Shown here piece by piece: positions 23,340 through 36,235 of a stretch of 64,000 nt of DNA (position 1 is the first letter of the stretch; each line of letters begins with the position of its first letter). The notes under the pieces were generated by a model. It ran no database searches. It was given only the letters and a program-made list of their open reading frames with translations, and was not told the DNA's origin. Source of the stretch: Utricularia gibba. Its lineage: Eukaryota; Plantae; Magnoliophyta. The stretch is from positions 620,001-684,000 of the forward strand of contig NEEC01000016.1 in NCBI GenBank assembly GCA_002189035.1, written 5' to 3'. Made by a program: the position numbers and the translations under genes.

Positions 23340-25066
23340 TTAGTTGTCTGGTTCGTAAATCGGCCTGTAAAGGGGAGGATCGTCTCCTAGCACGAGGGAC
23401 TTCAAGATGGCCTCACAGACGGCGCTGTCATAGACGAGCAGATGCCCACCTTCACGGACCTCATGGTACTGAATCCATGGAAGCTTACTGTGTATGTATC
23501 TCTGGAGCTGAAATGGCACCACCCTATCCTCGTGTCCCTGCCAAATATGCACCAAACTTTCCATTTCAGGGTATGGGTTGGAAAGCTCCGTTGGTTCAAA
23601 ATCCCATTTGCCGAAAGCCACCAAGACATCACGACGGATTGAGTTGAAGACAGTGGGGTCCTTGATCTTGTGCTGTGCCACATATCAACAACATGACATT
23701 CTTGGGATATTGCAGGTAAGTTCAGTGAAAGTAAATGGATGAAAAATAGCATTTCTTGGTGAGAGATTCAACGTTGACCCAAGTACCTTGTTCAGGAGCT
23801 GGTATCCAGGAGTGTTCCTCAGTGTTTCCAAGTCCTTACTACAGAAAAATGCAGGATTTCTGTCGAGGACATTGGATGATGGGAAGATTTTCTGCGTCAG
23901 CCACCAATGAAACACACAGGGAGCATAGCGCAAACCCCTGAAAGTCCACCGACAGATGCGCTTGCGATAGTCATTCTTTGTCAAGGCACGAGGTAGAGAG
24001 GGCCACCGGTAGTTGATAAATGGAACAACAAGAGCGCTGCCTGATAGCCTAAGAAAAACAGGAGATTAAAAAGTCACAAACAACTCAGAGCGGAATCCAC
24101 ACCCAACACTGAAGCAAACTATCAAGTTCAAACACTAAGTATTAACTTGTTGCAACAACAGCTAATGCATTTAGAACGAGTATTGTAGTGTAAGAACTGT
24201 ATAATGGTCAGAGATCCAAGCGCAGTCCTATTTACAAATTATCCTACTCTTCCACAATTTCCATATCCATAAATTCAACTAAACGAGTTAAACAGGAGCA
24301 ACCACCAAAGTAAACCAGCATTAGATGCAACAAAATGCTACCTGTTAGGAATCCACTTGAGGCAACTCCAAACAGGGTAGCATCCCAATGAAACTCCAAG
24401 AACATAGAACTTGGCTCCCAGTTGCAGTTTATCAGCCAGTTCCTCAATATCGGATGCCTCACTCTTCAGGGATCTTTTCGGATTTGGATCACTATCCCCA
24501 TATCCAGCACGGTCAAAGAGCAGGAGGTATATCTTCAACTCATCCAGAAGTTCCTAATGGATAAAACACAATTAGATGTCCTTCTACAGCTCTTTGAAGC
24601 GCTTCACAACAATAAGCTTTCAACATAAGAACCAAAATGCTCAGACCGCCCCCAGTTAACGAAGTGGGATTCCAAAATCACAATCACCCTTCAATACCAA
24701 CTGATTCGATTCTGATCATATGAAAATTAAAAAAAAAATCCCAAGCCCAGACCCTATTGTCACAAAAACAACAAAAGATTCAGTAAACGAAGAAGAGGAG
24801 CAAATTTTATTTACTTCTGATGCGTTGAAGTTCATCTCCTTCGAGCTCCCAAATCCATGAACAACGACAACCCTGTAATTGGACAAATGCTTGGGGACTC
24901 CTCTCTCGGTGTAAGCCAAAAACCTTCCATCGCCAAGCCTAATCCTCTTACAATCACCCTCCGTCACATCCATAGATTCAGAGCTTTCAGCAGGAGCAGG
25001 CTGCGTCGGTTGCTTTGCCAATCCCAAACAACCCATCATCAAGTCAACAACTTTCCTGAAAACCAT
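23340..25066 (-). CDS. Alpha/beta-hydrolase family esterase/lipase, multi-exon
   Basis: RIRLGDGRFLAYTERGVP..VVHGFGSS..FDRAGYGDSDPNP..GVSLGCYPVW (nucleophile elbow)..HIWQGHEDRVVP..EGGHLL (catalytic His). Confidence 0.92.
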
Positions 25067-25919
25067 TCTGCTAAAAACATGCCCGGTACCACCACTACAC
25101 CACGTTTTTCAGAGAATCTCTGAAATAGACGGGATCCAGCTATCAAGGAACCTTAGGCCGAAAAAACATGTTTTTGAGGTGCCCCATTTGGGTCTTATTC
25201 CCAAGAATATCTTCCCGAAACTTGGAGACACTTCACAACTCAGTAAACACTGGTTTTCAACCAAACAACTCAGAAGGACCCAAATGTCTGGCCTTATGGG
25301 CTTCAATGTTTTGCAATTGAGGATCCGGTTTATGTAACCGAAAGCTGTAACTCAACCCTCGGATTCCCCTCTATGCCATATTCCTTGTTTTTCTTCTCTT
25401 CCCTGTATAAAGAAAATGATTACTCAATATAATATGACAATTGTACCAAAGCATATTCCCGTCGATGCGTTGCATTTGCAATATTTGGAAGAAGTAGACA
25501 CGCACGTGTCGAACTATGACAGGGCTGTTGTTCCCAACTCCAACCATCTTCGACTGAGAAGTCGAGCCCAGTTGTAAGTCCCTTCTGTTGCTGTACATCA
25601 GGTGGCTTCTTACAAACTCCGTAGCAAGTGTTCGAGGAAATGCTTGGTGTGGATTGTTCATTGGCAGAGTTTCGAATAGAACATCACCGGGTATATGCCC
25701 GTTATCTGAGAGTCGATCGAGCTGTGATTCAGTTGCCTATGTGTTTGCGCTTTCAGCAAGCTGTGGCTGGATTAGCGATAGGCGTTGGATTTTTTTCTGG
25801 TTCTGGAAAAAGAGATATGGCCAAATCACATTGAAGATAATCTTTCCACTGTTGCCCGTATCCAAGTATTTGTATTTCTTCTACTACAGGAAAACACGAA
25901 CCTACTACAAGCTTGTCGA

Positions 25920-26965
25920 TCACCAAAAGAACCATCTTTTCTTGGTAGGAATGTCTGCAACTGGTTCATCTTTCATCCTGTTGTGCATTCCCTGGTTCAG
26001 GGATTCTAGTCTCCGCCTGGAAACAAACCACAAGGATATGGCCGGATGAACCATTAATTCCATGAGTTTACTGGTTAAATGAAGGACAAAAAAGACACTA
26101 CTTGGTATCTGTAAGACGACCATGAAGACTCCATCTCTGTCGAAAGCCTTCCATTCCCTCGACCCCGCTCGCCAGAATCAATCGTCTGTGGGATGAAATA
26201 TCAAACTGTGAGACCACTAGATGCAGTGATCCCTCACATAATTTGTTCAACAGAGGTTTAGTGGTATACCTCTCCAAAGAAGTAACTTGTGATTCTAACT
26301 GTGAAGCTCTCTCTTTGGCTTCATCTAAAGGCATTGACATTCCAAGTTTCATTTCACTGTCCTGAAGCCGCTGTCTTAGTTCCATGTCCTAAAAGTTGAG
26401 AATTCATGTTGGTCTTAAACTCGACTTCTCGAGATGACATTCACTCGAATCCATTAAAAGAAATACACATAACCCTGTACAAAATCACTTCTTAAAAGTC
26501 CAAAAATCAGAGAGAAACAGGCACAAAAATTGGATCAATGCAGAAGCTTGTAAAAGTGGAATCAAACCACTAGAAAACTCACTCTTCTCTCAGCACATTC
26601 TCGATATAACACAATCTCATCCTGACAGAATGGCTCCACATCGTTAATCTGCAAGCCTATTGAGGCGAAATCAACAACATTTATGATAGTCACAAAAAAG
26701 TTATTCTCTCCAGTTCGCTGGTAACGAGAGGAAACAATAATGGAGCTTAAGATGTTTACATAGAAAGAGGTTTCGTAAAATCCCATCACACAGATCAACT
26801 CCTTCTAGCACATGGGAAGCTATTTCAGGCGGAATGAAAGGAGAGGGCAGACCCGTCATCAGATCATCGCCGACCAGTATAGTTTCCTCCATGGTAGGCT
26901 GAGAATCCACTGAAACAAATCACACGAAGACACCAACTTAAGACCTTCATTTTCAAACCTTCCAT
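25920..26965 (-). CDS. Conserved uncharacterised plant protein with C-X9-C-X9-C-X9-C motif and coiled coil, 6 exons
   Basis: ME|VDSQPTMEETILVGDDLMTGLPSP..VDLCDGILRNLFL|CLQINDVEPFCQDEIVLYRECAERR|DMELRQRLQDSE..SLER|RLILASG..GRLTDTK|..RLESL..KKRWFFW*; splice sites keep the frame. Confidence 0.82.
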
Positions 26966-27121
26966 GACGCAAAAGGCTAATCAAAGTTACATTAGCCTAC
27001 CATCCATGGCGACAGTTCGAAGTGGAACGCCAACTGCTCGACAAAATGCCTCTGAAGCTTGTGGTAGGATTCCTAGTTCCAACGAAAACGTAGCAGACTA
27101 CGCGTATTTATATCTAGAATA

Positions 27122-27203
27122 TGGGCCTTTGCGTGGCTTGAAATGAGTAGGGCCTGTAATGAAAAGCCCAATGATCACCGACCCCAAAACCCTACCTATA
27201 TAA
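27122..27203. promoter_or_regulatory. Site II motifs, telo-box-like motif and TATA box upstream of RPP2 (head-to-head promoter)
   Basis: TGGGCC 27122, AGCCCA 27164, AAACCCT 27187, TATATAA 27197; this combination is typical of plant ribosomal protein promoters. Confidence 0.6.
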
Positions 27204-27379
27204 CCCTCAATGTGCTCGCTCGCAATCGGATTTGGTGGTTCGTGTGAAAATCCTCCTCACGGTGTTGGCCATCAGTTCCAATCTCTGCTTCTGTATGTAC
27301 TCTTGCGCGAATTCATTTGGCTTTTTTCCTCATTTGAAGCGCTTCTGATTGAGTTTTTCTTTGTATCATCTTTAGAGAA

Positions 27380-28308
27380 ATGAAGGTAGTTGCTGCGTAC
27401 TTGCTAGCGGTTTTGGGTGGCAACACCTCCCCGTCTGCGGAGGACTTGAAGGATATATTGGGCTCAGGTGCTTCTTCCTTTTGCTGTATTTGCAGTGTCT
27501 CTGATCTGAAGATTTAATCTTCCGTGGTATCGCTTTAGTTGTGCCAGTGCTGTTCAAGTGCTGGTGTTGTCTTTATTCTGATCCTGTTCCGTAGGCTCTT
27601 CTCAAATCACCTTTCTACATTCTTCTAAAGCAGTGAATGCGATGCGCATTCCTCTGGTGATTCTTAACTTCGAAATCTAGAATGTGTTCAATGGTTGAAG
27701 CCCCATTTTCGTCTGTCAAGGTGTCTTTCTAGCTTTTTACTGCTTGAAGAAGATTCCTTCGAATTAGGGATGAAAGAACGCAGTGCAAATCCCGGTGATA
27801 CAAAATCAATGGCAGCATGCGTATATGATGCATCGCTCCCAAGCAAATGACACATAGACACTTGCCTTATATGCCACTGCTTCTCTTGCCATCATGATTC
27901 TCTTGCATTCAAAATGCTTAGCTTTTTGTTGGTTTTTTATGTATGGAATGCCTCCTTGTTCCACAGTTGGGGCAGATGCAGATGATGATAAGATTGAGCT
28001 ATTGTTGTCACAAGTCAAAGGCAAGGATGTAACTGCACTGATTGCCTCTGGCCGAGAAAAACTGGCCTCTGTCCCTGCTGGTGGCGGAGGTATTGCCGTT
28101 GCTGCCGCCCATTCTCCTGGCGATGCCGCCCCTGCTGCCGCCGCACCCGAAACCAAAAAGGAAGAAAAGGTGGAGGAAAAGGAGGAATCCGATGATGTAA
28201 GTATTTCTGAAATCTTGGCCAACATGGGGTACTCCCGTTGACGTACCTGCTGCTTATCTCCATCTGGGGTTTGTCTTGCAGGATATGGGATTCAGTCTGT
28301 TTGACTAA
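27380..28308 (+). CDS. RPP2: 60S acidic ribosomal protein P2, 3 coding exons
   Basis: MKVVAAYLLAVLGGNTSPSAEDLKDILGS|VGADADDDKIELLLSQVKGKD..GREKLASVP..KKEEKVEEKEESDD|DMGFSLFD*. Confidence 0.97.
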
Positions 28309-28564
28309 GAAGAGCAAGCTGCTCATCTCCCCCGTTCTGAAGTCTCCCTTTTTCCTTCTTTTCTACAAATGTTCATTTCTTGTACTTGGCCGGCATGCCG
28401 AATACCCTTTACGAAGTTTGGGAAGCCCAACTAGCTTTTCTTGCTTGTGTTACAGTGTCGCGTTTCCCACGTTTTGTTTCTCTATCAAACCAAACAAAGG
28501 GATTGCAGAATGAGGAGAATTTGACTCTTTCATAGAGCATTCGCATTCGGGGATTTGGATTTAA

Positions 28565-28710
28565 CACGTGTGACGTGTCCGGCGAGCAAATGAGGAGAGT
28601 AGGCGGACACTTGGCAGTGACGAGCAATGAGGGAAACTGAGACCAAACCGACACGTGCCACCCGCCCACCACTTCTTTCATTCTTAGGTTCCACTGATCC
28701 CATTATAAAT
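28565..28710 (+). promoter_or_regulatory. G-box/ABRE cluster and TATA box
   Basis: CACGTG 28565, ACGTGTC 28573, CACGTG 28652, and TATAAAT near 28703, just upstream of the next ORF. Confidence 0.45.
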
Positions 28711-28787
28711 GAGTCCGCCCCACCCACTTCGGAGATTCACCCATAGCTACACGGCGGTGCCGGCACGGGAGAGGCGTCTGCTAGAAA

Positions 28788-29285
28788 ATGATGAGGACGC
28801 ACGGTGCGCACCCGAGGCTTACGAAGCTGCTGGTGAATGTGACGATTCAGAGAAGCCTCGTAGCTGTAAAGCTGGTTTTGCCGGTGGATGTCACGGTGGA
28901 GGAACTGACAGCGACGGCCTTGAGACAGTACGTGAAGGAGATGAGATTGCCGATTCTACCGTCCGTCGATCCGTCTGCCTTCGACCTCCATTACTCGCAC
29001 TTCAGTTTAGAAAGTAAAATCGATGCTCCACAATCTCGATCTCAAATCGCGGAGGAACTGACATTTCTTTGTTTTATTCTTGAATCCATTGGTGGAATAG
29101 GTTTGAGCAGAGACGAGAAACTGATGAATCTCGGATCACGGAACTTCTTTCTTTGCCTGAACGCGGCCGCAGCCGTCGACGTCGCCGATTCCAAATCCGC
29201 CTTTTCCGAAGATATCGGCCGAAAAAGGACAATTCCATGGCTAACAAGGACACATTCAAGAAGAGAATCAAACTTGAATCTGTAG
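28788..29285 (+). CDS. Uncharacterised At4g22758-like protein, 2 exons; true start may be upstream (28709)
   Basis: RLTKLLVNVTIQRSL..V..L...ALRQYVKEMRLPILP..DPSAFDLHYSHFSLES|LSRDEKLMNLGSRNFFLC; intron 29014-29100. Confidence 0.78.
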   Translation: MMRTHGAHPRLTKLLVNVTIQRSLVAVKLVLPVDVTVEELTATALRQYVKEMRLPILPSVDPSAFDLHYSHFSLESKIDAPQSRSQIAEELTFLCFILESIGGIGLSRDEKLMNLGSRNFFLCLNAAAAVDVADSKSAFSEDIGRKRTIPWLTRTHSRRESNLNL

Positions 29286-29590
29286 AGATAGTACGGTCAG
29301 ATGCTGACCCTTCAATGGGCCGGGCCGGGACGGGCCGTAATTCCAGGCTACCTGAACCCGAATATACTTCATTTTTCCTCTAAAAAACGAGAACGTGTGG
29401 TCCAAATTACATTTTTAGCCTTTTGGGGAGGGGGAAAAGGAAATAAAACTTTTATAGGGGCTTTCGAAGAAAATCAGAACAAAACATTTTATCTTTTCGT
29501 TGGCTTTTGAGAAGATTTCTAGCTCGCTCGTGTTGGAATCCAAAGAGGAAGTGATCCCCACCCAAGCTTCGTGAAAGACGTCAATGGTAT

Positions 29591-32389
29591 CTAAGACGTC
29601 GGAACTACCGTACCGATGAAGCCAAATCCGGCGATAGTGAAGGTGATGACCTGAAGGAAGAGATATATGTAGTAGTTGTTCCTTCCGTAGAGGAAATCGT
29701 AGCATCCACAGAAGAAGAGAAAGGCCGCAAATCCAAGTTCTTGAAGGAGGATTCTGCGTGCAAAAACAAGAGAAGCCAAACATGATGGAAGCCTTGAAAC
29801 GATGGAGATCCCAGGAGTTGCAGTTTCGTCAGTTTGTTTATCGTACCTGTCGCCGAGGAATTTGGAAAAAGATTTCTTGGGTGCTGTTTTGGTCTTGTTC
29901 TTTAGAGCATCCCCAAGTTTCTCAGTGACAACCCACTCGTTGGCTCGTTTTGCCTCCAAAAGGCCGATGATTGTCGCCTTTGTGCGCTGGAACGACATCA
30001 CGTTCTCAAACAAAATCCAGAAGAACAAGAGATGGAATGACCTGAAACCACATTGGAAAGCCAGGTAATGTCCAGAGAAGTAACAAGTTATTTGAAAAAT
30101 GACCTGAAAGTGTATGCTACAATGAGGCTTTTCCACCCCACGGGTGAACATAAATCAACACTGACGTAAAAATGATGGAGTGACGAGAGGCGTGTAAGTC
30201 ACCTTGGAGTTCCGACAGAGTTAAGGGCGGTTATGATGCAAGGAATGTAAATGGCACCCCATTTTGGAACATCTACTTCAGGGACGAGAATCGTCAAGGG
30301 GAGTACCACGCAGTAGAAGAAGAAAGTGAACATGTGAGCGATGAGTTTGCGGACAAAGAAGAAACTGTAGATCACGTAGAATTTCTTGTATAGTGAAACC
30401 TTCTGCACCAAGAAGTAAGTTTGATGTTAGATTTATAGATAATGGATCGTCTTGTGATATCTGAATGCAAGAAACCTAACCTTGTTTGTAGCAATTTCAA
30501 TCACCATTTTTCGAAACAAATTTGCTGGGCCACATGACCATCGGTGCTGCTGGAATCTGAATGCTTTGAATGTGCTTGGAAGTTCACTTTTTACCTGTAA
30601 CAGAAAACTTACATATCAACATTCAGCTCCCTCCCAAAAGACCAAATTAATGACATTTCTCTGTTCAGAGACGACATCAACATGAAAACAGCATAGAAGA
30701 GAATGACCTGAAGATCTCCCAAATAAAGAAACTTCCACCCCTTCAGCCCAGCTCTAACAGCAAGATCCATATCTTCAACAGTCGTTCTATCCTTCCAGCC
30801 GCCAGCTTCGTTGATTGCAGATAATCTCCATATCCCACCGGTTCCTGAATACCGATTGGCAAAAATCAGACTGAAATAAAGCTAAAGTAATGGCATGCCT
30901 TTAGACCATCTAAGGAGTTGGTGAAAATAAAGCATTTTCAGTATGACGCATGTGTTATTCTTATCTTATGTACCAAGTATGAGACCAGCGTGCTCTCAGC
31001 TTTAACCAGGATTGGATTAACTTACCATTGAAGCCAAAAAAGGCATGTGTGGCCGATCCCACCTCTTGCTCTACCTTGAAATGGTAATCTAAAGACATCT
31101 CTTGCATTCTTGTCAACATACATTCATTTGCGTTCACTGTAAAAACTCCAGCAAGCATTAGGCAGATAAGCAAATGATTATTCCACCAGAACGCGATCAA
31201 GTGGTACCAGCATAATGTAAACTATCAAATTTACGATCTCGACTCACAATATTTTTCGTCGTCACTCAAACTCAAGAAACTACAACCATCCTAGAAGAAA
31301 AACCGAAAAGAGAGCAATAGAGAATCGTAATCCTGGGCAGGGCCTTACCAAACCTCCATCTGGCCTGAACGAGGGCGATATCAGGGTTGTGTATGAGGAA
31401 AGGGACCGCGCGGAGCAGGAAATCGGGCTCCGGTCGGAAATCGGCGTCGAAAATGACAACGAACTCGCAGGCTTTCGCATAATCGTGTTTTAGCCCTTCC
31501 TTTAGAGCTCCGGCCTTGTATCCGCCTCGAGTCTCCCGGATCTGATACCGGATGTTCACTCCTTTGCTCCCCCATCTCAAGCATTCCTTCTCCACCAAAT
31601 CCTGCACCAAATCCCCCAATTTCGAATTCGAAAACGACTATTTCTTCAATAATAGTAACAAAAATAAAGTACACGCACAAAATAATTTTTTTTTTTACCT
31701 CAAATTTTTTACCCCATGACCAAGTAAAATATTCATCATACGGTAAAATTACATATATTTTTCTTTATAGATAACAAAAATCATTTCGATATTTTATATT
31801 ATCAAATGATATTCCTCCTCTGCGGTAAAAAAACAAAAAATTTACCTGCCATGATATAAGGAAGGTGAAAAGTTGATCGAGTAAAAAAAAAAGGCCAGGA
31901 GGGGGCGTGCCGTACCTTAATGTGGACGTCGGTGGAATCATCGAGCACTTGAATCACCAATTTGTCGGCTGGCCACGACAAGTTGCAGGCGGCGCCGATC
32001 GAGATCTTGTAAACCTGCGAATATTCCGGCGCCGGGCCGGTTGACAAACGATGAGAAAGAGCCAAGGACTGGTTTGCTTTTGAGTCGCGTACCTCTTTCT
32101 CGTTATACATTGGGATCTGAACCAGCACCGCCGGAAAGTTAGAGCTACGGGACTCGACGTCGACGTCCGCCGTCATCGGCTCCCAGTTATACCGCTTCTC
32201 CGGCTTCTTCCAGAACAGCTTCACCAGGACTATTACTACTCCCATGCACAGGCGTTCGATGAACACCATTATCGACATTGCCAAGCAAACGTAAACGCAG
32301 ACTCTCAGCACCGGCACGATCACCGGGGCTCTGACGGTTTCCCAGAGAAACGCGATTTGCTCGCCGCCGTACCCGGTGATTTCAGCCAT
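29591..32389 (-). CDS. CSLA2: Cellulose synthase-like A, glucomannan 4-beta-mannosyltransferase (CSLA2-like), 9 exons
   Basis: [60 protein letters not shown] (QxxRW), [11 protein letters not shown]. Confidence 0.94.
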
Positions 32390-33650
32390 CGCCGGAAGAT
32401 CTAAACAACCCTGGGCTGGTTCAGTTACCAAACAAGAGGCGAAGAAGAAAGAATCTTGTGCTCTGTTTCTTTGCGCGAAACAGGGGAAAACAGAGGGTCA
32501 AAGAATATGATTTGCACCGGCGGAATAAAGCGCTGCTCTTTATATTTCATACCGTTACCAATTTATAAAATCTTAATTCGTTTTAATTCTTTTATTCCAA
32601 ATAAAATAAAAAAATAAGTATTTTTATATTACATTCTATATTTTAAATACAACCATTATATATTATATATTTTTTCTTGTAATATTTAATTCATTATTTC
32701 CAAATTAAAATAAAAAAATCGTCCATGAAATGGTCTTTTTAGTGCTGCCGATTATGAACGTAAAACTTCATTCTTCCAAAAAAAATTAATTCAAGATTAA
32801 AAGAATTCATATATTTAATGATAAACACTTAATGTTCGTAATTAATATGAAATATCATCATTAAACTTGTGATTTTACATTATTCTTTATTAGAATTCTC
32901 GTCAATTACTCTTGTATATGTATCTCTATATCATTACAAATGATGTCATCATTTGTAATGATATGTTGAACCATATCATAATGATTTCTATCTAAGATTG
33001 AATAGCAATAGTTGGCTACAATTTTCCAAAAAACATCTGAATTAAAATAAATTAAAAATGATAAGATCAAATTAATAATCAAAACACTAAAATATGATCA
33101 TAATATTTAAATATGTGATAGCATTGAATATTATGAGAACATTGAAGAATTATTCAGAAAAATGACATATTTTCTGATAAAAATTATTAATATGTGAAAG
33201 ATGAGTAATAGATAGTCTAAATGACTATGCTCTACATCATTTTTATTCGTTATTTATTATTTAAAAAATAGAAATTAATGATTTTACAGAAAATAAGATA
33301 TTTTTATTTTTAGAAAAATAGGCATAATTTATTTATGAAAATAATTTTTATTTTTTAAATTTAATTTCAGCAATTGTGTGGGCCACGCTGTGAGAACATG
33401 TCGGTGGCTACCTTACTTAATAAGAATATTTTTTCAAAATAAAAAGATTCTGATTACTTTAATAAACAGTAATTAATTGTCAGAAAAAGCAACCAACTAA
33501 CCCCATAGTCAATGAATAATTCCGTCATTAGACAAAAGATTTCCCTTTTGTTTTTCTCGTTAGTCGTTAGGTAGTTGGAGAATTTAAAGTATTAAGGAGA
33601 AATGTGAATGATTAGCTTTCTTAAACAAAAAAAATAAAAATAAATTAAGG

Positions 33651-34133
33651 ATGCGTTTGGTAGCATAGTATAATTAATAACATATTTAAGTTATTTATAT
33701 TTAGATAAATACATATTATATGATTAAAATTAAAATTTGTTTGATATATAAGTTTTGAACATATGTATTTAAAATAATATTATATTTAATAAATTTGAAA
33801 TAAATAATTTATAAATCGAGTTATTTAGTAAAACTCATCAATAAAATAAATTTTGAAATATCTAGTTTAGAGTATTTACAGTAATTTTATAAAATTTTCA
33901 TGTATTATTATATTAGTAGATAAAACATGTATTATTATTTATATATGTATGTTTAAAGAGGAAAACTAAACTATTAGACGGTATTTGATAGTTATACTGG
34001 TATAAATTATCTCGATATAAACTTTTCTTAATTGAAGATATAAAAATAAGGAATGTTAGGTGAAAACAATTTTATACTTTATAAAGAATAAAAAAATATT
34101 TCGAAAAAATTTATTATTGATTACCAAACATAT
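33651..34133. mobile_element. Possible decayed MITE-like element
   Basis: ATGCGTTTGGTA (33651) vs reverse complement of TACCAAACATAT (34122-34133), 10/12, bounding very AT-rich DNA; GTTTGG termini are common in plant MITEs. Confidence 0.3.
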
Positions 34134-35179
34134 TATTATTATACAACATATTGAGATATTCCATGTTATCTTTATTATCAAAGATGCCCTCAAACTACTA
34201 TAACATTCTAACATGTTATTTAGAACATCACATTTTGGCTTTCTTCATCATAAACTATGATCAATTTTTTATATATGCGATATCTATTTTTCTAATACAT
34301 CCCAATTTAAGACCAAGATACATCTCTAGTAGTATCATAAAAATGAAGTATGCATGCTTTGTGACCCGGTTGATATTTCCTGTCCATCTGAAACAAAGCG
34401 CCCGAAAGGGAACATCTTTGTATGGCTGGAGACAAGCCAGCAAAATGTTGTACTAGAGAAAGGTAAAGGCAAAGGGAATGGAATTCGATTATCTGGTCAA
34501 AATACGCAGCAAGAGGCGGAGCGGCGGAGGGTGCGCCGGTCAACCTACTTAACTAAAGGGCTCCTAAATTTTCGGCCGGAAATCCTTGCGTCTGCAGAGC
34601 TTATCTTTTAGTGACGGTCTTGTCGACCCACGTTTGGTAATTTGTCCGAAACTTCAGCCGGTTTGTTGGTAGTTGGTAGTTGGCCGAATCTATTTTGTTG
34701 ACTTGTGGATACAGTTTCACACATGCACGCCTTTTCAAGCACGTGCATGGACCGACACCCCAAAAAACCGATTTGATTTCTGAATGAGTTGATCTACCGG
34801 AGGGTGGTACTTGAAAGCAAGGGGCTTGTTTATTGGGTCTGTTTCTGAGCTCATGATTCCTCTTGCCAACTGAAATGCAAGGATGGGAAGATCTGTTTTG
34901 CCTGAAACTTGAATGGGTTGGGATTATGAACTTATGATCATGGAACCAACTAACTGTACAGTGCTATGAAAAAGGGGAGAGGAATTTGGATTTCGAAAGA
35001 GACACCTTGTTTATTGTATTTGCCTAAACAGCTCCTCTTTCAAATTTTACCAACCGCTAAAACGAACTGGGAAACGCCACTGATCATTTTACCCGGCCGA
35101 GCTACGAAATTCGAGTCTTCTTGTCACTTCATCGCTGATATGGGTTTTGCTGGGCTGATCAGCAACTTTGCCAATGCCG

Positions 35180-35756
35180 TTGAGCCAGATCCTGTATTTG
35201 GAAAAGTGTTTTGATGATGTTTAGGATACAAGTGCTTCTGGAACTCTTCTTTGGCCGTGGTTGCTCTTAGGTGGTTCATGTTTCCAGTACTTTTTTCTTT
35301 TGCATTTTTCAGGGACGTGTTCTTCTTTCTTTCTGATGTAGGGTGCTCCTATTTATGAATTAGAATGTAAGATGATCACATGGTTTTGTAGGGTATGAGT
35401 TTATTACTTTGCAAATGGGCTATAAGTTCAACCTGTAAAGAATCACTTCTAGCAGCTACTGCTTTCTGTGTGTCAATTTTCATGTGTTCGTGCATTTAAT
35501 ACTGATCACTCGTTGAAGTTGCATGCTCTCTGATTGACTACGTTCCACTTGCAAACATTGGGATCTAGCTTTGTTGTTTTTGAAACTTGTTCCATATGTA
35601 GAGTGCGGCTCATATCAACCTTCTGGCTTCTTATCTTTAGAACGAGTGGCGTGCTATTGGTGTTGAGCTGAGCCGTGGATGGGTTAATTACGCTATCCAT
35701 CGCCCCGAGCCACACATCATGAGAACCAAGCTCAGCAGCACATTGCTGCCAAGTGA
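35180..35756 (+). pseudogene. CKS1: Cyclin-dependent kinase regulatory subunit (CKS) pseudogene with internal deletion
   Basis: Exon 1 relic LSQILYLEKCFDDV* (cf. MGQIQYSEKYFDD). Exon 3 begins at 35641 after an AG: [27 protein letters not shown], joined out of frame to [18 protein letters not shown] and the Gln tract are missing. Confidence 0.88.
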
Positions 35757-36235
35757 AATTTACTTTTCAACTCTCTGTTTTATATTCTGAAAAGCAATGT
35801 TGAATCGCCACTTGGTGCTCAAGTGGATTGTGTGGACATCTAGAGTTCCAGGTTTGCTTGACGTTCTCCATTGTTAATGGAATTCACCATACTACCTGCT
35901 CTTGCTTCGTGTGCACTGGTGAGATTTGTTTTGGAAGAATATCATTATTCAGTTAGTTTGAAACAAAAACTTCAGTGCAACTGATGATGAAAAACACACT
36001 CGGTGCATGTTCTTGTAACATAGCATGTCTCTTATACAATCTGAAGTTTGGTGTATTACAATACGAGCATCTGGGAGTGGAATCCCCAGAATGCACCACA
36101 GCAATCAAAAGGAAAGGGGCCAGCTCGAGTACTCTTACTCCAAACTATAATCTATCTTCATATTCCACTTATGTTTCATAAAGAGTGTTTTTACCCAGTT
36201 AACAACTTTCTTGCAGCTCTGTGTTGATCAGCCGA

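Noticed and set aside
25371-25900. Several ORFs between the hydrolase and the CX9C gene
   Set aside because: No recognisable motifs or consistent splice structure; likely UTR or intergenic.
29014-29846. Stop-free introns with length divisible by three (87 nt at 29014-29100; 93 nt at 29754-29846)
   Set aside because: Expected fairly often among short introns; no evidence of regulated retention without RNA data.
36026-36042. Similarity to the Tn5/Nextera mosaic end (TGTCTCTTATACA-ATCT)
   Set aside because: One base is missing, no adjoining adapter sequence, and it is embedded in ordinary genomic DNA; treated as coincidence.
35979-36048. Possible second C/D snoRNA (AACT-G-ATGATGA...CTGA-AGTT)
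   Set aside because: Boxes and a 4-bp stem are present, but I found no recognisable guide, internal boxes or cluster context; such motifs occur by chance in AT-rich DNA. An Rfam/snoscan hit would revive it.
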